DNA of 64,000 nucleotides from a virus. Its lineage: Duplodnaviria; Caudoviricetes. Within the stretch, counting starts at the first letter, position 1, and each line of letters starts with the position of its first letter. Below the pieces are notes generated by a model that was given only the letters and a program-made list of their open reading frames with translations, ran no database searches and was not told where the DNA came from. Location: positions 64,001-128,000 of the IMG/VR virus record IMGVR_UViG_3300001528_000580; one strand, written 5' to 3'. The translations under genes and the position numbers were made by a program. This document shows, in pieces, positions 48,979 through 58,465 of the stretch.

Positions 48979-49551
48979 ATGCAAATGAAATTAAGAGAAT
49001 ATGCTAAGAAACATGGATTACATTATAATACGGTATATGGATGGTTTCATCAAGGAAAATTAAAAAATGCAGTTCAGTTAGATACAGGAACTATTTTAGT
49101 TTACGAAGATGAAGATAATTTGAAAACCAAAGAAGAAAAAATAGTTACATATGCGAGAGTAAGTTCAAGAGAAAGAAAAAATAGTTTAATAGAACAAGAG
49201 AATAGATTAATAAACTTTTGTAATGCTAGAGGTTGGATAGTTAATAAAAGTTATAAAGAAATAGCAAGTGGAATAAATGATAACAGAAAACTATTATTAG
49301 AAATGCTAAATTCTAATCCGACAAAGATAGTAATAGAAAACAAAGATCGTTTAACAAGATTTGGATTTAATTATTTAAAAGTGTTATTAGAAAAACAAGG
49401 TTGTGAGCTAGTAGTTTTAAATGATTCAGAAGATCAAGAAGATTTAATGAAAGATTTAGTTAGTATAATAACAAGTTTTTGTGGTAGAATATATGGATTA
49501 AGAAGAGCAAAAAATAAATTAAATAAGATAAAAGAAATAGTAGAAGAATGA
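48979..49551 (+). CDS. tnpA: IS607 serine recombinase TnpA
   Basis: N-terminal MerR-like HTH, YARVSS, EIASG, DRLTRFGF, SFCGRIYG. Confidence 0.92.
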   Translation: MQMKLREYAKKHGLHYNTVYGWFHQGKLKNAVQLDTGTILVYEDEDNLKTKEEKIVTYARVSSRERKNSLIEQENRLINFCNARGWIVNKSYKEIASGINDNRKLLLEMLNSNPTKIVIENKDRLTRFGFNYLKVLLEKQGCELVVLNDSEDQEDLMKDLVSIITSFCGRIYGLRRAKNKLNKIKEIVEE

Positions 49552-50909
49552 TAACTTATAAATTTAAATATGAATTTGAAGATAAAGAAATTATAAAAGA
49601 TTATATAAGAGAGTATAATGTAGTTTATCGTTATGCTTATAATAGGTTTGTAGATAATTCAAATTTAAGTTTAAATGAAGTTATAAAATTAACAAAAGAT
49701 AATATAAAAAATATAAAATTATTAGATGCTACGATAATTCAAAATGCCTGTGAAAAAGCCAAACATACTTTTAAAAACAATGAAAATAACAAAGTAATAT
49801 TTGGTGGGAAGAACAATTATTTTAGATATATAAAAGGCTTGATATCTAAAGAAGAATATAAGAATAAGAAGAATATTTCTTTTTATATAAGAGGACAAGA
49901 AAATAGCTATGGTAATAGGAAGTTTAGATTAAATACTAAAGTTAGAGAATTATTTTTTCAACCGAATAGGAAAGAAAAATACGTTTTAAAATTTAAATTA
50001 GATAATAAACGTTTAAGAGAATTAGAGATATTAGAAAACAAATGTAAATTATGTGAAGGTAGTATAAATGTAGGAATAGATTTAAGTTATATTTATTTGA
50101 GTTTTGAAGAAACTTTAATAAATTATCAACCAATAGAATCAATAGAAAACCGTATATTGAGTATAGATTTAAATCCTAATTATATAGCTTATGTTATTTG
50201 TGATTATAACGAAGAAGCTAGAAAAAACATAATAACCAAAGAAATAATAAGTATAAAAAACTTAAATGATAAAGATAAGAAAAAAAACTATAAAGATAAA
50301 GAAAACAAGTTAAATTATAGAAAATATTTAAATAACAAGAAAAAAACAGAGATATTAGAAATAAGTAAATATATAATTGACAAAGCAAAACATTATAAAG
50401 TAGAGAGTATAGTTATAGAAGATTTAAATATAAGAAGTAGTAATAAAAATTTAGGTAGAAGGTTTAACAAATTATGTAATAATGATTGGATTAGAAATGC
50501 TTTTGTTAATAATTTAAGTAAAAGATGTAATATTTATGGAATAAGATTACAAAAAGTTTTAGCTTGTTATAGCAGCTTTATTGGACAATTAACTAATAAA
50601 GATGAATTTGACTCCATTGCAGCCGCAATGGAGCTTGGACGTAGAGGAAATCTTTTTATAAGAAATTATATAAAAAGTAAAAATAAAATAGATGTTGTAT
50701 ATCCAAGATTTAATATTAGAAATTTAATGGATCAATGGAAGAAGAAGTTAAATTTTGATGAAAATATTAAAGATTGGAAATCCTTATACAACAAAATAAA
50801 AGAAACGAAACAGAGCTATCGTTTCTTGTTTGATGAAAATAAAAATTCATTAAGTTCTTTTAGATTAAATTCTTATAAATCTTTCGTTAATGTTTATAAC
50901 ATTTTGTGA
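49548..50909 (+). CDS. tnpB: TnpB-family RuvC nuclease
   Basis: SIDLN (RuvC-I), VIEDL (II), DSIAAA (III); no CxxC finger. Confidence 0.85.
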   Translation: MITYKFKYEFEDKEIIKDYIREYNVVYRYAYNRFVDNSNLSLNEVIKLTKDNIKNIKLLDATIIQNACEKAKHTFKNNENNKVIFGGKNNYFRYIKGLISKEEYKNKKNISFYIRGQENSYGNRKFRLNTKVRELFFQPNRKEKYVLKFKLDNKRLRELEILENKCKLCEGSINVGIDLSYIYLSFEETLINYQPIESIENRILSIDLNPNYIAYVICDYNEEARKNIITKEIISIKNLNDKDKKKNYKDKENKLNYRKYLNNKKKTEILEISKYIIDKAKHYKVESIVIEDLNIRSSNKNLGRRFNKLCNNDWIRNAFVNNLSKRCNIYGIRLQKVLACYSSFIGQLTNKDEFDSIAAAMELGRRGNLFIRNYIKSKNKIDVVYPRFNIRNLMDQWKKKLNFDENIKDWKSLYNKIKETKQSYRFLFDENKNSLSSFRLNSYKSFVNVYNIL

Positions 50910-51224
50910 AAATTTATAATTATTTAAGTAACTCAAACTTAAAGTTATTGTATTATCATGATTGGTATAAATCAAAAGATTTATCTTATCAGAATGTTCT
51001 ACTTCCAATCTATCATAATAACAATCTGGAATTGGTTTTTGAATAATATTATGAAGATAATTCAATGCTAATCCAGTACAAGTACTTGGAAGCGGTGGAA
51101 TATCTTCTTTTTCATCAAATTCTGAAATTTCTGGAAAAATTTTTTGAATAAGTTCAAAAAAGATAGGTTCTCTTTTTTTGAAACTACGAATTGTGAAATT
51201 AATTTTATTAAAATCAACATTCAT
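50865..51224 (-). CDS. hypothetical protein (3' end probably altered by the IS)
   Basis: ORF runs into the tnpB end. Confidence 0.6.
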   Translation of the reverse strand: MNVDFNKINFTIRSFKKREPIFFELIQKIFPEISEFDEKEDIPPLPSTCTGLALNYLHNIIQKPIPDCYYDRLEVEHSDKINLLIYTNHDNTITLSLSYLNNYKFSQNVININERFIRI

Positions 51225-51584
51225 TATTTATTATTCCATCTTTTTGAAAAATGTTCAGGATACAAATCTCTTAAATCTTTCAACTCATTGCATTTTATTT
51301 GCAATGCCTGATCTTGTTTCATTTTTTTAAATTGAAAGATATCAGAAAGAATTTCATCTTCCTTTTTGCAATATTCTTCATAATTCATTCAACACCTCTT
51401 TCTATGTATTGTAACATAGCACTAATATTTCAAAAGTCAAGAAAAATTTAAAAATATTTTTAAATTTTATTTTTAGCGATTTTAAGGCGTTGTAATAACA
51501 AATATGTAGCAACACTTACAATTTATTATAACATCGCTCTATGTCGCTGAAAATGGCTTTATTTGGCGTTATAAGGAATTGTTT

Positions 51585-51803
51585 TTAAACCGCTTTGTTA
51601 GATTCATTATAATCTAAGATAATATCATCAATCAATGATTGAGAGATTCCTTGTTTTTCTTGTGCTGTTTCTGAGATAATATCCATAATTTCTTTAACTT
51701 GATTATCAGTCAAATTAATTTTAAGCTGTTCTTCTGCTCTATTTTTAATTTCTGCGAAAGAAATCTTAACAGAAATGTTATTATGATTACCAACAATGTT
51801 CAT
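51585..51803 (-). CDS. hypothetical protein
   Basis: ORF after promoter and RBS. Confidence 0.7.
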   Translation of the reverse strand: MNIVGNHNNISVKISFAEIKNRAEEQLKINLTDNQVKEIMDIISETAQEKQGISQSLIDDIILDYNESNKAV

Positions 51804-51944
51804 ATAATATCCTTTCATTTTTGGTTCATAATATATAATATACACCATAAAACATAAAAAACAAGTATCACCAAGAATTTTTTGTAAATTTATTTTCAGA
51901 TAATTTTATAATTTTTAATTTAAAAACAAATAGGAGTATATAAA

Positions 51945-52448
51945 ATGCAATTTAAAGATATAGTTTCTAAAGCAAAAAAGATTAGAGCTAGTTATAATAA
52001 TGAGCAATTATATCAGTATTTAATAAATAATGGTTTTGAAGTTTCAAATTATAATGATGCATTTGAAGATTGGCTTGATGAAGGTGACAGATTTTATAAG
52101 GGTATTCCTAATAATCTATCAGAAGATGAAGTAAAACAAATATTTGAAAAAAGTGATGCAATGTATAACATTAATTACGAATCAAATTATGAAAATGAAG
52201 TTTTTATTACAATTAATTTCACTCCAATATATACTTACAATAGTGCAAATGGATTACTTGAAATTACTGACTATGAAATATTTGAATGTAGTATGAGCGA
52301 TTATGATTGGGATATTGAAATTAATTCAACTAATAAAACAATTATGACTAACTTTATGAATGGTTGTGATGATTTAAAGAAATTATTTGCAAGATATATA
52401 AATTTATTAAATGATTTAGAAAAATATGGAATTAAATGTTGGAGATAA
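51945..52448 (+). CDS. acidic hypothetical protein
   Basis: ORF, AGGAG RBS. Confidence 0.75.
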   Translation: MQFKDIVSKAKKIRASYNNEQLYQYLINNGFEVSNYNDAFEDWLDEGDRFYKGIPNNLSEDEVKQIFEKSDAMYNINYESNYENEVFITINFTPIYTYNSANGLLEITDYEIFECSMSDYDWDIEINSTNKTIMTNFMNGCDDLKKLFARYINLLNDLEKYGIKCWR

Positions 52449-52461
52449 AAGGAGATAAAAA

Positions 52462-52836
52462 ATGAACAAATTAGCTAAAGAATTATTAAGTATTGCAAAC
52501 TCATTAAAAAATATTTATGGTGAGGAAATAGATATTGGTGAAGAATATCAAAAGGAATCCGGTAATAGAACATTTGTATGTTTACCAAAGATATATACTC
52601 TTAGCGTTGAAGTTTTAAAAGATGAAATAGATTTTAATGTTTTAAATAAACTTATAAATTCATTAACAAAAGAATTAAAGTATGAATTAGAAGATTTAAA
52701 TTTACAATATAGTAATTTTTATATTACAATAGAACCAAATTCTAGTTCTGATATTAAAATTGTTGTAAAAGCAAATTTAAACAATCAAACTACCGAAGAT
52801 GTTTTATTAAAAAATGGATATAAAAGATTAAAATAA
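52462..52836 (+). CDS. hypothetical protein (ELLSIAN N-terminal motif)
   Basis: ORF, AGGAG RBS. Confidence 0.75.
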   Translation: MNKLAKELLSIANSLKNIYGEEIDIGEEYQKESGNRTFVCLPKIYTLSVEVLKDEIDFNVLNKLINSLTKELKYELEDLNLQYSNFYITIEPNSSSDIKIVVKANLNNQTTEDVLLKNGYKRLK

Positions 52837-52855
52837 TTTATTAAGGAAATATATT

Positions 52856-53287
52856 ATGTATAGAATATCAAGAGAAATATTAAGTATTGCTAATCAGGTT
52901 GATCATTTTTATTTAGATGAAAAATTAAAAAATGTCAAAACCAAAAGAGGCGCTATTAATTATATTTATAAAGTAGTTAATCCTTATACAAGAGGATTTT
53001 TTAGAGATTTTGCATGGGAAAATGTTAATAAAGTATTTAATACAATTAGAAATTTAGGAGTTGATTTAGAAGTCGATACAGATAAATCTAAAGGTGGAGA
53101 TTATCATGAAGTTCAGCAATCAGGAAATCATGTTACAAAATATAAACAATGGAATCTTGAAATAACTTTCACAAATAAATATGATCAAGATTTCAAAATT
53201 ACTGGTAGATTGATTGCTAGTGATGCAAGTGATGTTGGATCATTACATGATTTTGAAAGATATGATATGTCACTCATTTTGGATTAA
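52856..53287 (+). CDS. hypothetical protein (EILSIAN N-terminal motif)
   Basis: ORF, RBS. Confidence 0.75.
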   Translation: MYRISREILSIANQVDHFYLDEKLKNVKTKRGAINYIYKVVNPYTRGFFRDFAWENVNKVFNTIRNLGVDLEVDTDKSKGGDYHEVQQSGNHVTKYKQWNLEITFTNKYDQDFKITGRLIASDASDVGSLHDFERYDMSLILD

Positions 53288-53289
53288 TA

Positions 53290-53309
53290 TATTATTATCA
53301 ATAATAATA
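53290..53309. repeat. 20-bp palindrome copy (1 mismatch) at convergent junction
   Basis: tattattatcaataataata. Confidence 0.85.
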
Positions 53310-53390
53310 TAAACTAATTTTTAAATTTAAAAAAAATAAAAAAGAAGAATGGTTATTTCCATTCTTCTTTTCATCTTAAGTAACTTTATA

Positions 53391-53735
53391 TTACTTCTTT
53401 TCCGACTTCGGAGCAAACATGCGCTTTTCAACTTCATTCGGAGTAGCACCGTAATCTCCGGCATTTACCCGACCATAGTATTTGAAGTTGATTTTTTCTT
53501 TCTTGCCGAGATATTCCTTCATTGGAATACTCTCCTTCTTTTCAAGAACCTTGCGATAACGACCACGAGCAATATTTACTGCAATCGTCTTATCGAAACG
53601 ATCCTTTGAAGAACAAATCGACACTCCACGATTGACAGTGCCATCTTCATTCATCGACACAACCACAGCGCCATACATGTCACCACGCTTGCCATTCTGA
53701 CCTTCCTTACGGAGATAGTAATACCGTTCACTCAT
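53391..53735 (-). CDS. conserved phage protein
   Basis: GVSICSSKDRFDKTIAVNIARGR motif; GC-rich codons. Confidence 0.75.
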   Translation of the reverse strand: MSERYYYLRKEGQNGKRGDMYGAVVVSMNEDGTVNRGVSICSSKDRFDKTIAVNIARGRYRKVLEKKESIPMKEYLGKKEKINFKYYGRVNAGDYGATPNEVEKRMFAPKSEKK

Positions 53736-53817
53736 TTTTCTTTTTCCTTTTTGTTTGTTTATTTGTTTTTCTGCACCATGCAGAATTAAGTTTCTACCTA
53801 TAACATACACCATTTTT

Positions 53818-54207
53818 TCAAATATTCAAGTCTATTTCAGAACATTTTTTGATTTTTTCAATAATACTTGAACGTTCTTTACCTCTTGAAGTATCATTTT
53901 CCATCATCTCAATCCACTTTTTGTATGATTTTAAATTTTCAAAAAAAGTGAAACCGTTTAACATCTCTTTTTCAATTTCGTCATTTGTTAAATCATTGCC
54001 TTCCCATTCATCACAACAAGGACAACTACCATATGAATAACGATAACTTGCAACTCTTCCATCTTTCAGGAAGATATCAATATCTACTTCTCCTGACCAG
54101 CTATCTTCAAAATATAAAAATAAAACATAAATTCCATTGAGTTTGTTAATAACATTGATTAAATTTTCTGAATAATTGCAATTTGAAATTTCATTGAGTT
54201 CAAACAT
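53818..54207 (-). CDS. conserved phage protein
   Basis: YSYGSCPCCD motif. Confidence 0.75.
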   Translation of the reverse strand: MFELNEISNCNYSENLINVINKLNGIYVLFLYFEDSWSGEVDIDIFLKDGRVASYRYSYGSCPCCDEWEGNDLTNDEIEKEMLNGFTFFENLKSYKKWIEMMENDTSRGKERSSIIEKIKKCSEIDLNI

Positions 54208-54356
54208 ATATCACCTTTTCCCTTGTTTATGAATATACTATACACCCCAATAGCAATAAAATCAAGCAAGAAAACAAATATTTTTCTAATTTTTTCGATT
54301 TTTAAAAGATATAAAAAAACATTATTTATATTTTTTTGATATAAATAATGTTAAAA

Positions 54357-54432
54357 TGGTAGGGATGACAGGAATCGAACCTGTGACCAATTGCTTAGAA
54401 GGCAACTGCTCTATCCTCTGAGCTACATCCCC
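54357..54432 (-). tRNA. tRNA-Arg(TCT)
   Basis: Cloverleaf, CTTCTAA loop, CCA. Confidence 0.95.
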
Positions 54433-54442
54433 AATTAATTTT

Positions 54443-54970
54443 TTAATTAACACATGGTATTTCTACCAATTCTTTTCTTCCTATTGGATTTTCACCATTT
54501 TTAATAATTTCATATGCTGCTTTAACGGCAAAGCAATTATCACTTGAATGAATTGATTTATATAAACTTAACAAATAGTTTGGTTCAATTACTTTAAAAC
54601 CATTCACAATAATAAATGGTGGATTACCAACGAAAAAGTCAATAATCAATTTTTTGTTATCTTTATACAATTCATATCTTCTAAAATCAGCTTCACCAGC
54701 AGGAAATCTTGTGTGAACTTTTTCAAAACCAATACTTTTCAGTATTGATATAACTGTTACAACATCTTCTTTATTAACAAATATATCAACATCTTTATGA
54801 TCATGAGCATGTTTCAGCTCTTTATGATCTATGGGAGACATGAAATGCCAAGCCCAACCACCAGAAAATATAGCATAATTCTTTATCGCTTCCAATTTTT
54901 CAAGATATAAATCAATGACGTCTTGGTTCCATGTTTCTCCATATCTTTTTTTATTATGAGCATCAGCCAT
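54443..54970 (-). CDS. nucleotidyltransferase-fold protein
   Basis: SGGWA...HKDVDIFV...IIDFF. Confidence 0.65.
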   Translation of the reverse strand: MADAHNKKRYGETWNQDVIDLYLEKLEAIKNYAIFSGGWAWHFMSPIDHKELKHAHDHKDVDIFVNKEDVVTVISILKSIGFEKVHTRFPAGEADFRRYELYKDNKKLIIDFFVGNPPFIIVNGFKVIEPNYLLSLYKSIHSSDNCFAVKAAYEIIKNGENPIGRKELVEIPCVN

Positions 54971-55111
54971 ATTTTATTGATTCTACTTTTCTTTTTTGTT
55001 TATATAACATAATATACATGTGTTTTAGAATTTTTCAAGTTCAAAAATTAAATTTTTTTCATTTTTTTTATAATTCTATAATATCTCTTTCAAGTTTTAA
55101 AATTTCTATTT

Positions 55112-55552
55112 TTAATTCAGATGATAGTTCAAAAAATATTCTTCTGTATCTCCAAGAAAAGTTCCCAAATGTAATTTTTTCTTTTGTAATTCATCAATCA
55201 AATTATTAATCTGTTCCATTTGTTCTTCGTACAATTTTTGAACTTCTTTGATAATATTTTTCCTAATATTTTCTACCTTATCTGAAATATTTTCATTATC
55301 TTCAAAATAAAATCCACCAGCAAGTTGAACACGATCTTTATCTTCATAAAAATCTTGATCCAACACTTTTAATCTTTTAATATTACCATCAGAAATATTA
55401 TCAGGAAAAAAATATGCTCCCTCTTTATCGTTACACCATGCTCCATGAATTTTTCCATTTTCATATCTACATGTTGCAATCTCCATATTGCAATAGCTTT
55501 TTGCAGGATTCTTCTTATTAAATATAACATTTACATAAAAAACTTTTTTCAT
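55112..55552 (-). CDS. hypothetical protein
   Basis: ORF in operon. Confidence 0.7.
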   Translation of the reverse strand: MKKVFYVNVIFNKKNPAKSYCNMEIATCRYENGKIHGAWCNDKEGAYFFPDNISDGNIKRLKVLDQDFYEDKDRVQLAGGFYFEDNENISDKVENIRKNIIKEVQKLYEEQMEQINNLIDELQKKKLHLGTFLGDTEEYFLNYHLN

Positions 55553-55812
55553 TCTTTATTCCTTTTTTCTTCAAAGCCATCACATGAAGTTAGCCAAGCA
55601 GGATCATAATTTTCAGGAAAGAAAAACCACCCTTGATCAAAGCCATGTTTAATACATGTTACTTTGCAGGTCTTATTTGCACAAGAAGAATGACAATCTT
55701 GTGGTACATCCCTTCGATGAATACATTTATAACAATCTTTTTTATTTGAATCATCATTATTAAAACTGAAACGAATATTTCCAGTTAAAAGATTTTCTAT
55801 AAATTCAAACAT
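55549..55812 (-). CDS. Cys-rich conserved phage protein
   Basis: CYKC..H..C...GWFFFPENYDPAWL..C. Confidence 0.75.
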   Translation of the reverse strand: MFEFIENLLTGNIRFSFNNDDSNKKDCYKCIHRRDVPQDCHSSCANKTCKVTCIKHGFDQGWFFFPENYDPAWLTSCDGFEEKRNKE

Positions 55813-55824
55813 TATGTTATCTCC

Positions 55825-56265
55825 TTAGATTACACTTAAAATTTTAATAATAACTTCTTTAGGAGCTATACCAATTATTTTTCTTGCTTTTGCTAAATAT
55901 TTTTTCTTTGCTTTATTTATATCCCAACCATCTTCTCTTTTTTGAGCAAACCATGTACAATTTGTATAATGATCATCTCGGCAAATAATGCTATGAAGAA
56001 TACACGCAAGTTGTTGCTCTTCCGAAAGAGTTGTTGGACTATATTTTTCTTTTGCACATTCATTAATAGCTTCTTTATGACTACAAATATCTGATTTCCA
56101 AAGTTCTATGCTTCTTTTATTAGAACCATAAAAATTCGTCCCTTTTTCTTTATCTCTTTTTTTATCATTTTCAAGCTCATTAATTTGAGCGTTCATACAT
56201 TTTTCAGCTTCTTTGATTGCTTTTTTATGTCTTTCAATTAAAACATCATACCATAAATTTAACAT
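55825..56265 (-). CDS. hypothetical protein
   Basis: ORF, RBS. Confidence 0.7.
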   Translation of the reverse strand: MLNLWYDVLIERHKKAIKEAEKCMNAQINELENDKKRDKEKGTNFYGSNKRSIELWKSDICSHKEAINECAKEKYSPTTLSEEQQLACILHSIICRDDHYTNCTWFAQKREDGWDINKAKKKYLAKARKIIGIAPKEVIIKILSVI

Positions 56266-56307
56266 TATTAATTTCCTTTCCTAAGTTTAATAACAATAAA
56301 TTGAAAT

Positions 56308-56718
56308 TTATTCTACTTTTGTATAATTGTTAAAAATATTTTCTTCTGCAAATGGACTATTTACATTTTTGATAATTCTCGTGCCATGAGATTCATTTTC
56401 AGGATTTTCTTTATCATAATGATAATGTACCAACATTTCAATGTAATATCCATCATAATACTGCCAATAGATTTTTTGAACATGATATTCTCTATCAGGA
56501 CATGTATTATCAATAAATTTATCACCTACTTTAAAAGGAAGATCATCGAATGCTTTTTTGAGATTAGGAAGATTAGATGGCACTTTTTCTTTCACTCTAT
56601 CTTCTGCCAAATCAAAACATTTTAATCCTCTTTTTTCTCTTTCTTTATGAATTGAACAATAATGATCAATATCAAACATAAAATATGAATTATCTTTATT
56701 TCTTTCAATGATTTTCAT
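56308..56718 (-). CDS. hypothetical protein (paralog of 14864)
   Basis: Shared motifs. Confidence 0.75.
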   Translation of the reverse strand: MKIIERNKDNSYFMFDIDHYCSIHKEREKRGLKCFDLAEDRVKEKVPSNLPNLKKAFDDLPFKVGDKFIDNTCPDREYHVQKIYWQYYDGYYIEMLVHYHYDKENPENESHGTRIIKNVNSPFAEENIFNNYTKVE

Positions 56719-56733
56719 TTTGTTTTTTCCCTT

Positions 56734-57075
56734 TTATTGTTCAAAATATATCAGATAATGTAATGATATTGCAGTTCTTAATTCAGCTTTTGCACCATTG
56801 GAATTTTCCCAACCCTTTAACATATATATTGCTTTACAATCTTCTTTTAATACTTTTATAACAGTATCAAGGACGAATTGGTAATCGTAATTATTGTTAA
56901 GCAAATCATCCATTGAATATATTTTAAGAATAACATCCATAGGATTAATAATAACGCTTTCAGGGAATTGTCTTTTTAATTTTATTTCAGCTTTTTTAAA
57001 GCCATCATAATTATATTCAGGCATTCCTGACATCTTTCCTGAAATATATATTGCGTTTTTATTATTGTTATTCAT
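56734..57075 (-). CDS. DUF4406 / nucleoside deoxyribosyltransferase-like protein
   Basis: IYISGKMSG, INP, IYMLKGWENSNGAKAE. Confidence 0.8.
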   Translation of the reverse strand: MNNNNKNAIYISGKMSGMPEYNYDGFKKAEIKLKRQFPESVIINPMDVILKIYSMDDLLNNNYDYQFVLDTVIKVLKEDCKAIYMLKGWENSNGAKAELRTAISLHYLIYFEQ

Positions 57076-57089
57076 AATTTATTCATGTA

Positions 57090-57611
57090 TTAAAAAATTA
57101 AAACAAGATCATGACCATTATTGAAGGTAAAATGATAGTTTGGATGAAAATTATTCACCCATGTATCAACACTCATCAATCTTTCATCTCCGAAAGATGG
57201 AGTTTTATATTTATCTGTTGGAACATAATGAATAACAATATTCGCCTCTTGTTTTTGACGATTCAAGATATTACGAATATTATTATCAGAAAAATGTTCC
57301 AATACACCATGAGAGAAAATCAAATCTGTTTTTCCATGATTTGAGAATATATCTCCAACATAAGGAGTATTTGAATTAGTGTTTTCTTTTGAAAGTTCAA
57401 CTTGGTCAGGATCAATATCAAACATTTGCATTTGAATGTTAACACGTTGCATGATAATCTTAGAGATAGTAGCAATGCCACATCCTTCTTCTCTTACATT
57501 TTTCCCAATGTTTGAAATAATTGAATCAATAAACGGTTTATATCTATCTTTACAATAGTTAGAATAACCATTACCAACCCGACTTTTATAAAAATCAGAC
57601 CATACACTCAT
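57090..57611 (-). CDS. class I SAM-dependent methyltransferase
   Basis: EEGCGIA, FDID, FSHGVLEHF. Confidence 0.85.
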   Translation of the reverse strand: MSVWSDFYKSRVGNGYSNYCKDRYKPFIDSIISNIGKNVREEGCGIATISKIIMQRVNIQMQMFDIDPDQVELSKENTNSNTPYVGDIFSNHGKTDLIFSHGVLEHFSDNNIRNILNRQKQEANIVIHYVPTDKYKTPSFGDERLMSVDTWVNNFHPNYHFTFNNGHDLVLIF

Positions 57612-57623
57612 CTTAAATTCCCC

Positions 57624-58010
57624 TTAGTCTTTGGTTGTTGATTCATAAGTGATATGTTTTACGCTATCACAATCTTTACATAATGGAAGAAAAATGTCAC
57701 GCTTCTCAATATTAAATGATTTACATTTTGAACAATATAATTTTAAATCACTACCTAAAAATCCTAATTCAGCAAACATTTTTGCCGTTTTAAATTTATC
57801 GCTTTCAGAAAAATGAATGCCTCCATTGTAGGGAACATTATTAATTCTTACTGTTTTTGTTCCATCTCCAAAATCAACAATCTTACCGATTATGATGTAA
57901 CTTCCATAGAAACAAATCCTATCTTCTGCAACACTATTAATTCGTCTTTCTTCCTGCAGTTGACTTATCAGTTTAAGATATTCATTATATCTTTGAATAA
58001 TAGTTTGCAT
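57624..58010 (-). CDS. hypothetical protein with C-terminal Zn ribbon
   Basis: CSKC...CKDC. Confidence 0.7.
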   Translation of the reverse strand: MQTIIQRYNEYLKLISQLQEERRINSVAEDRICFYGSYIIIGKIVDFGDGTKTVRINNVPYNGGIHFSESDKFKTAKMFAELGFLGSDLKLYCSKCKSFNIEKRDIFLPLCKDCDSVKHITYESTTKD

Positions 58011-58177
58011 TTTTATATTCCTTAAATGAAATGAGTTTTATTTTCTTCTTAATATATACTATACACCATAAAATAAAAAATTCAAGGATTTTTCAAAAAA
58101 ATAACAATTTATTTTCAAAGATATTTTTGTATTTAAAGCAAAAAAGTTAGATTAAAATCTATCTTTTTATTGATTGA

Positions 58178-58453
58178 TTATTCTATATCTAACAATTGCT
58201 GATTGATAATATCTTTTTCATGCGACCGCTCGATACCATGAATATTATCTTTTTTAATATCTTTATTATGAGAACGATTATTCCATTCACCATCAGCAAT
58301 TAAAACTAAACTATGTTTATAATCAATACGTTTAGTCTTTTTTAATTTTCTTTTAAGACTGTTGCGAAAATGATTATCCATAGTTTGATCATCTTGATAT
58401 TTTTCATCAAATTTATGATATTTGACAGAATAATTTCTAAATGTTTTTCCCAT
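58178..58453 (-). CDS. basic protein MGKTFRN...
   Basis: ORF in operon. Confidence 0.65.
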   Translation of the reverse strand: MGKTFRNYSVKYHKFDEKYQDDQTMDNHFRNSLKRKLKKTKRIDYKHSLVLIADGEWNNRSHNKDIKKDNIHGIERSHEKDIINQQLLDIE

Positions 58454-58465
58454 AATAAAATCTTT

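Larger units (their letters stand above)
48925..50940 (+). mobile_element. IS607-family insertion sequence (ends approximate)
   Basis: TnpA plus overlapping TnpB, opposite to the flanking operon. Confidence 0.8.

Noticed and set aside
49548-50909. TnpB as the Cas12 effector for the V-A handles
   Set aside because: It is 25 kb away, coupled to an IS607 TnpA, and far too small to be Cas12a.
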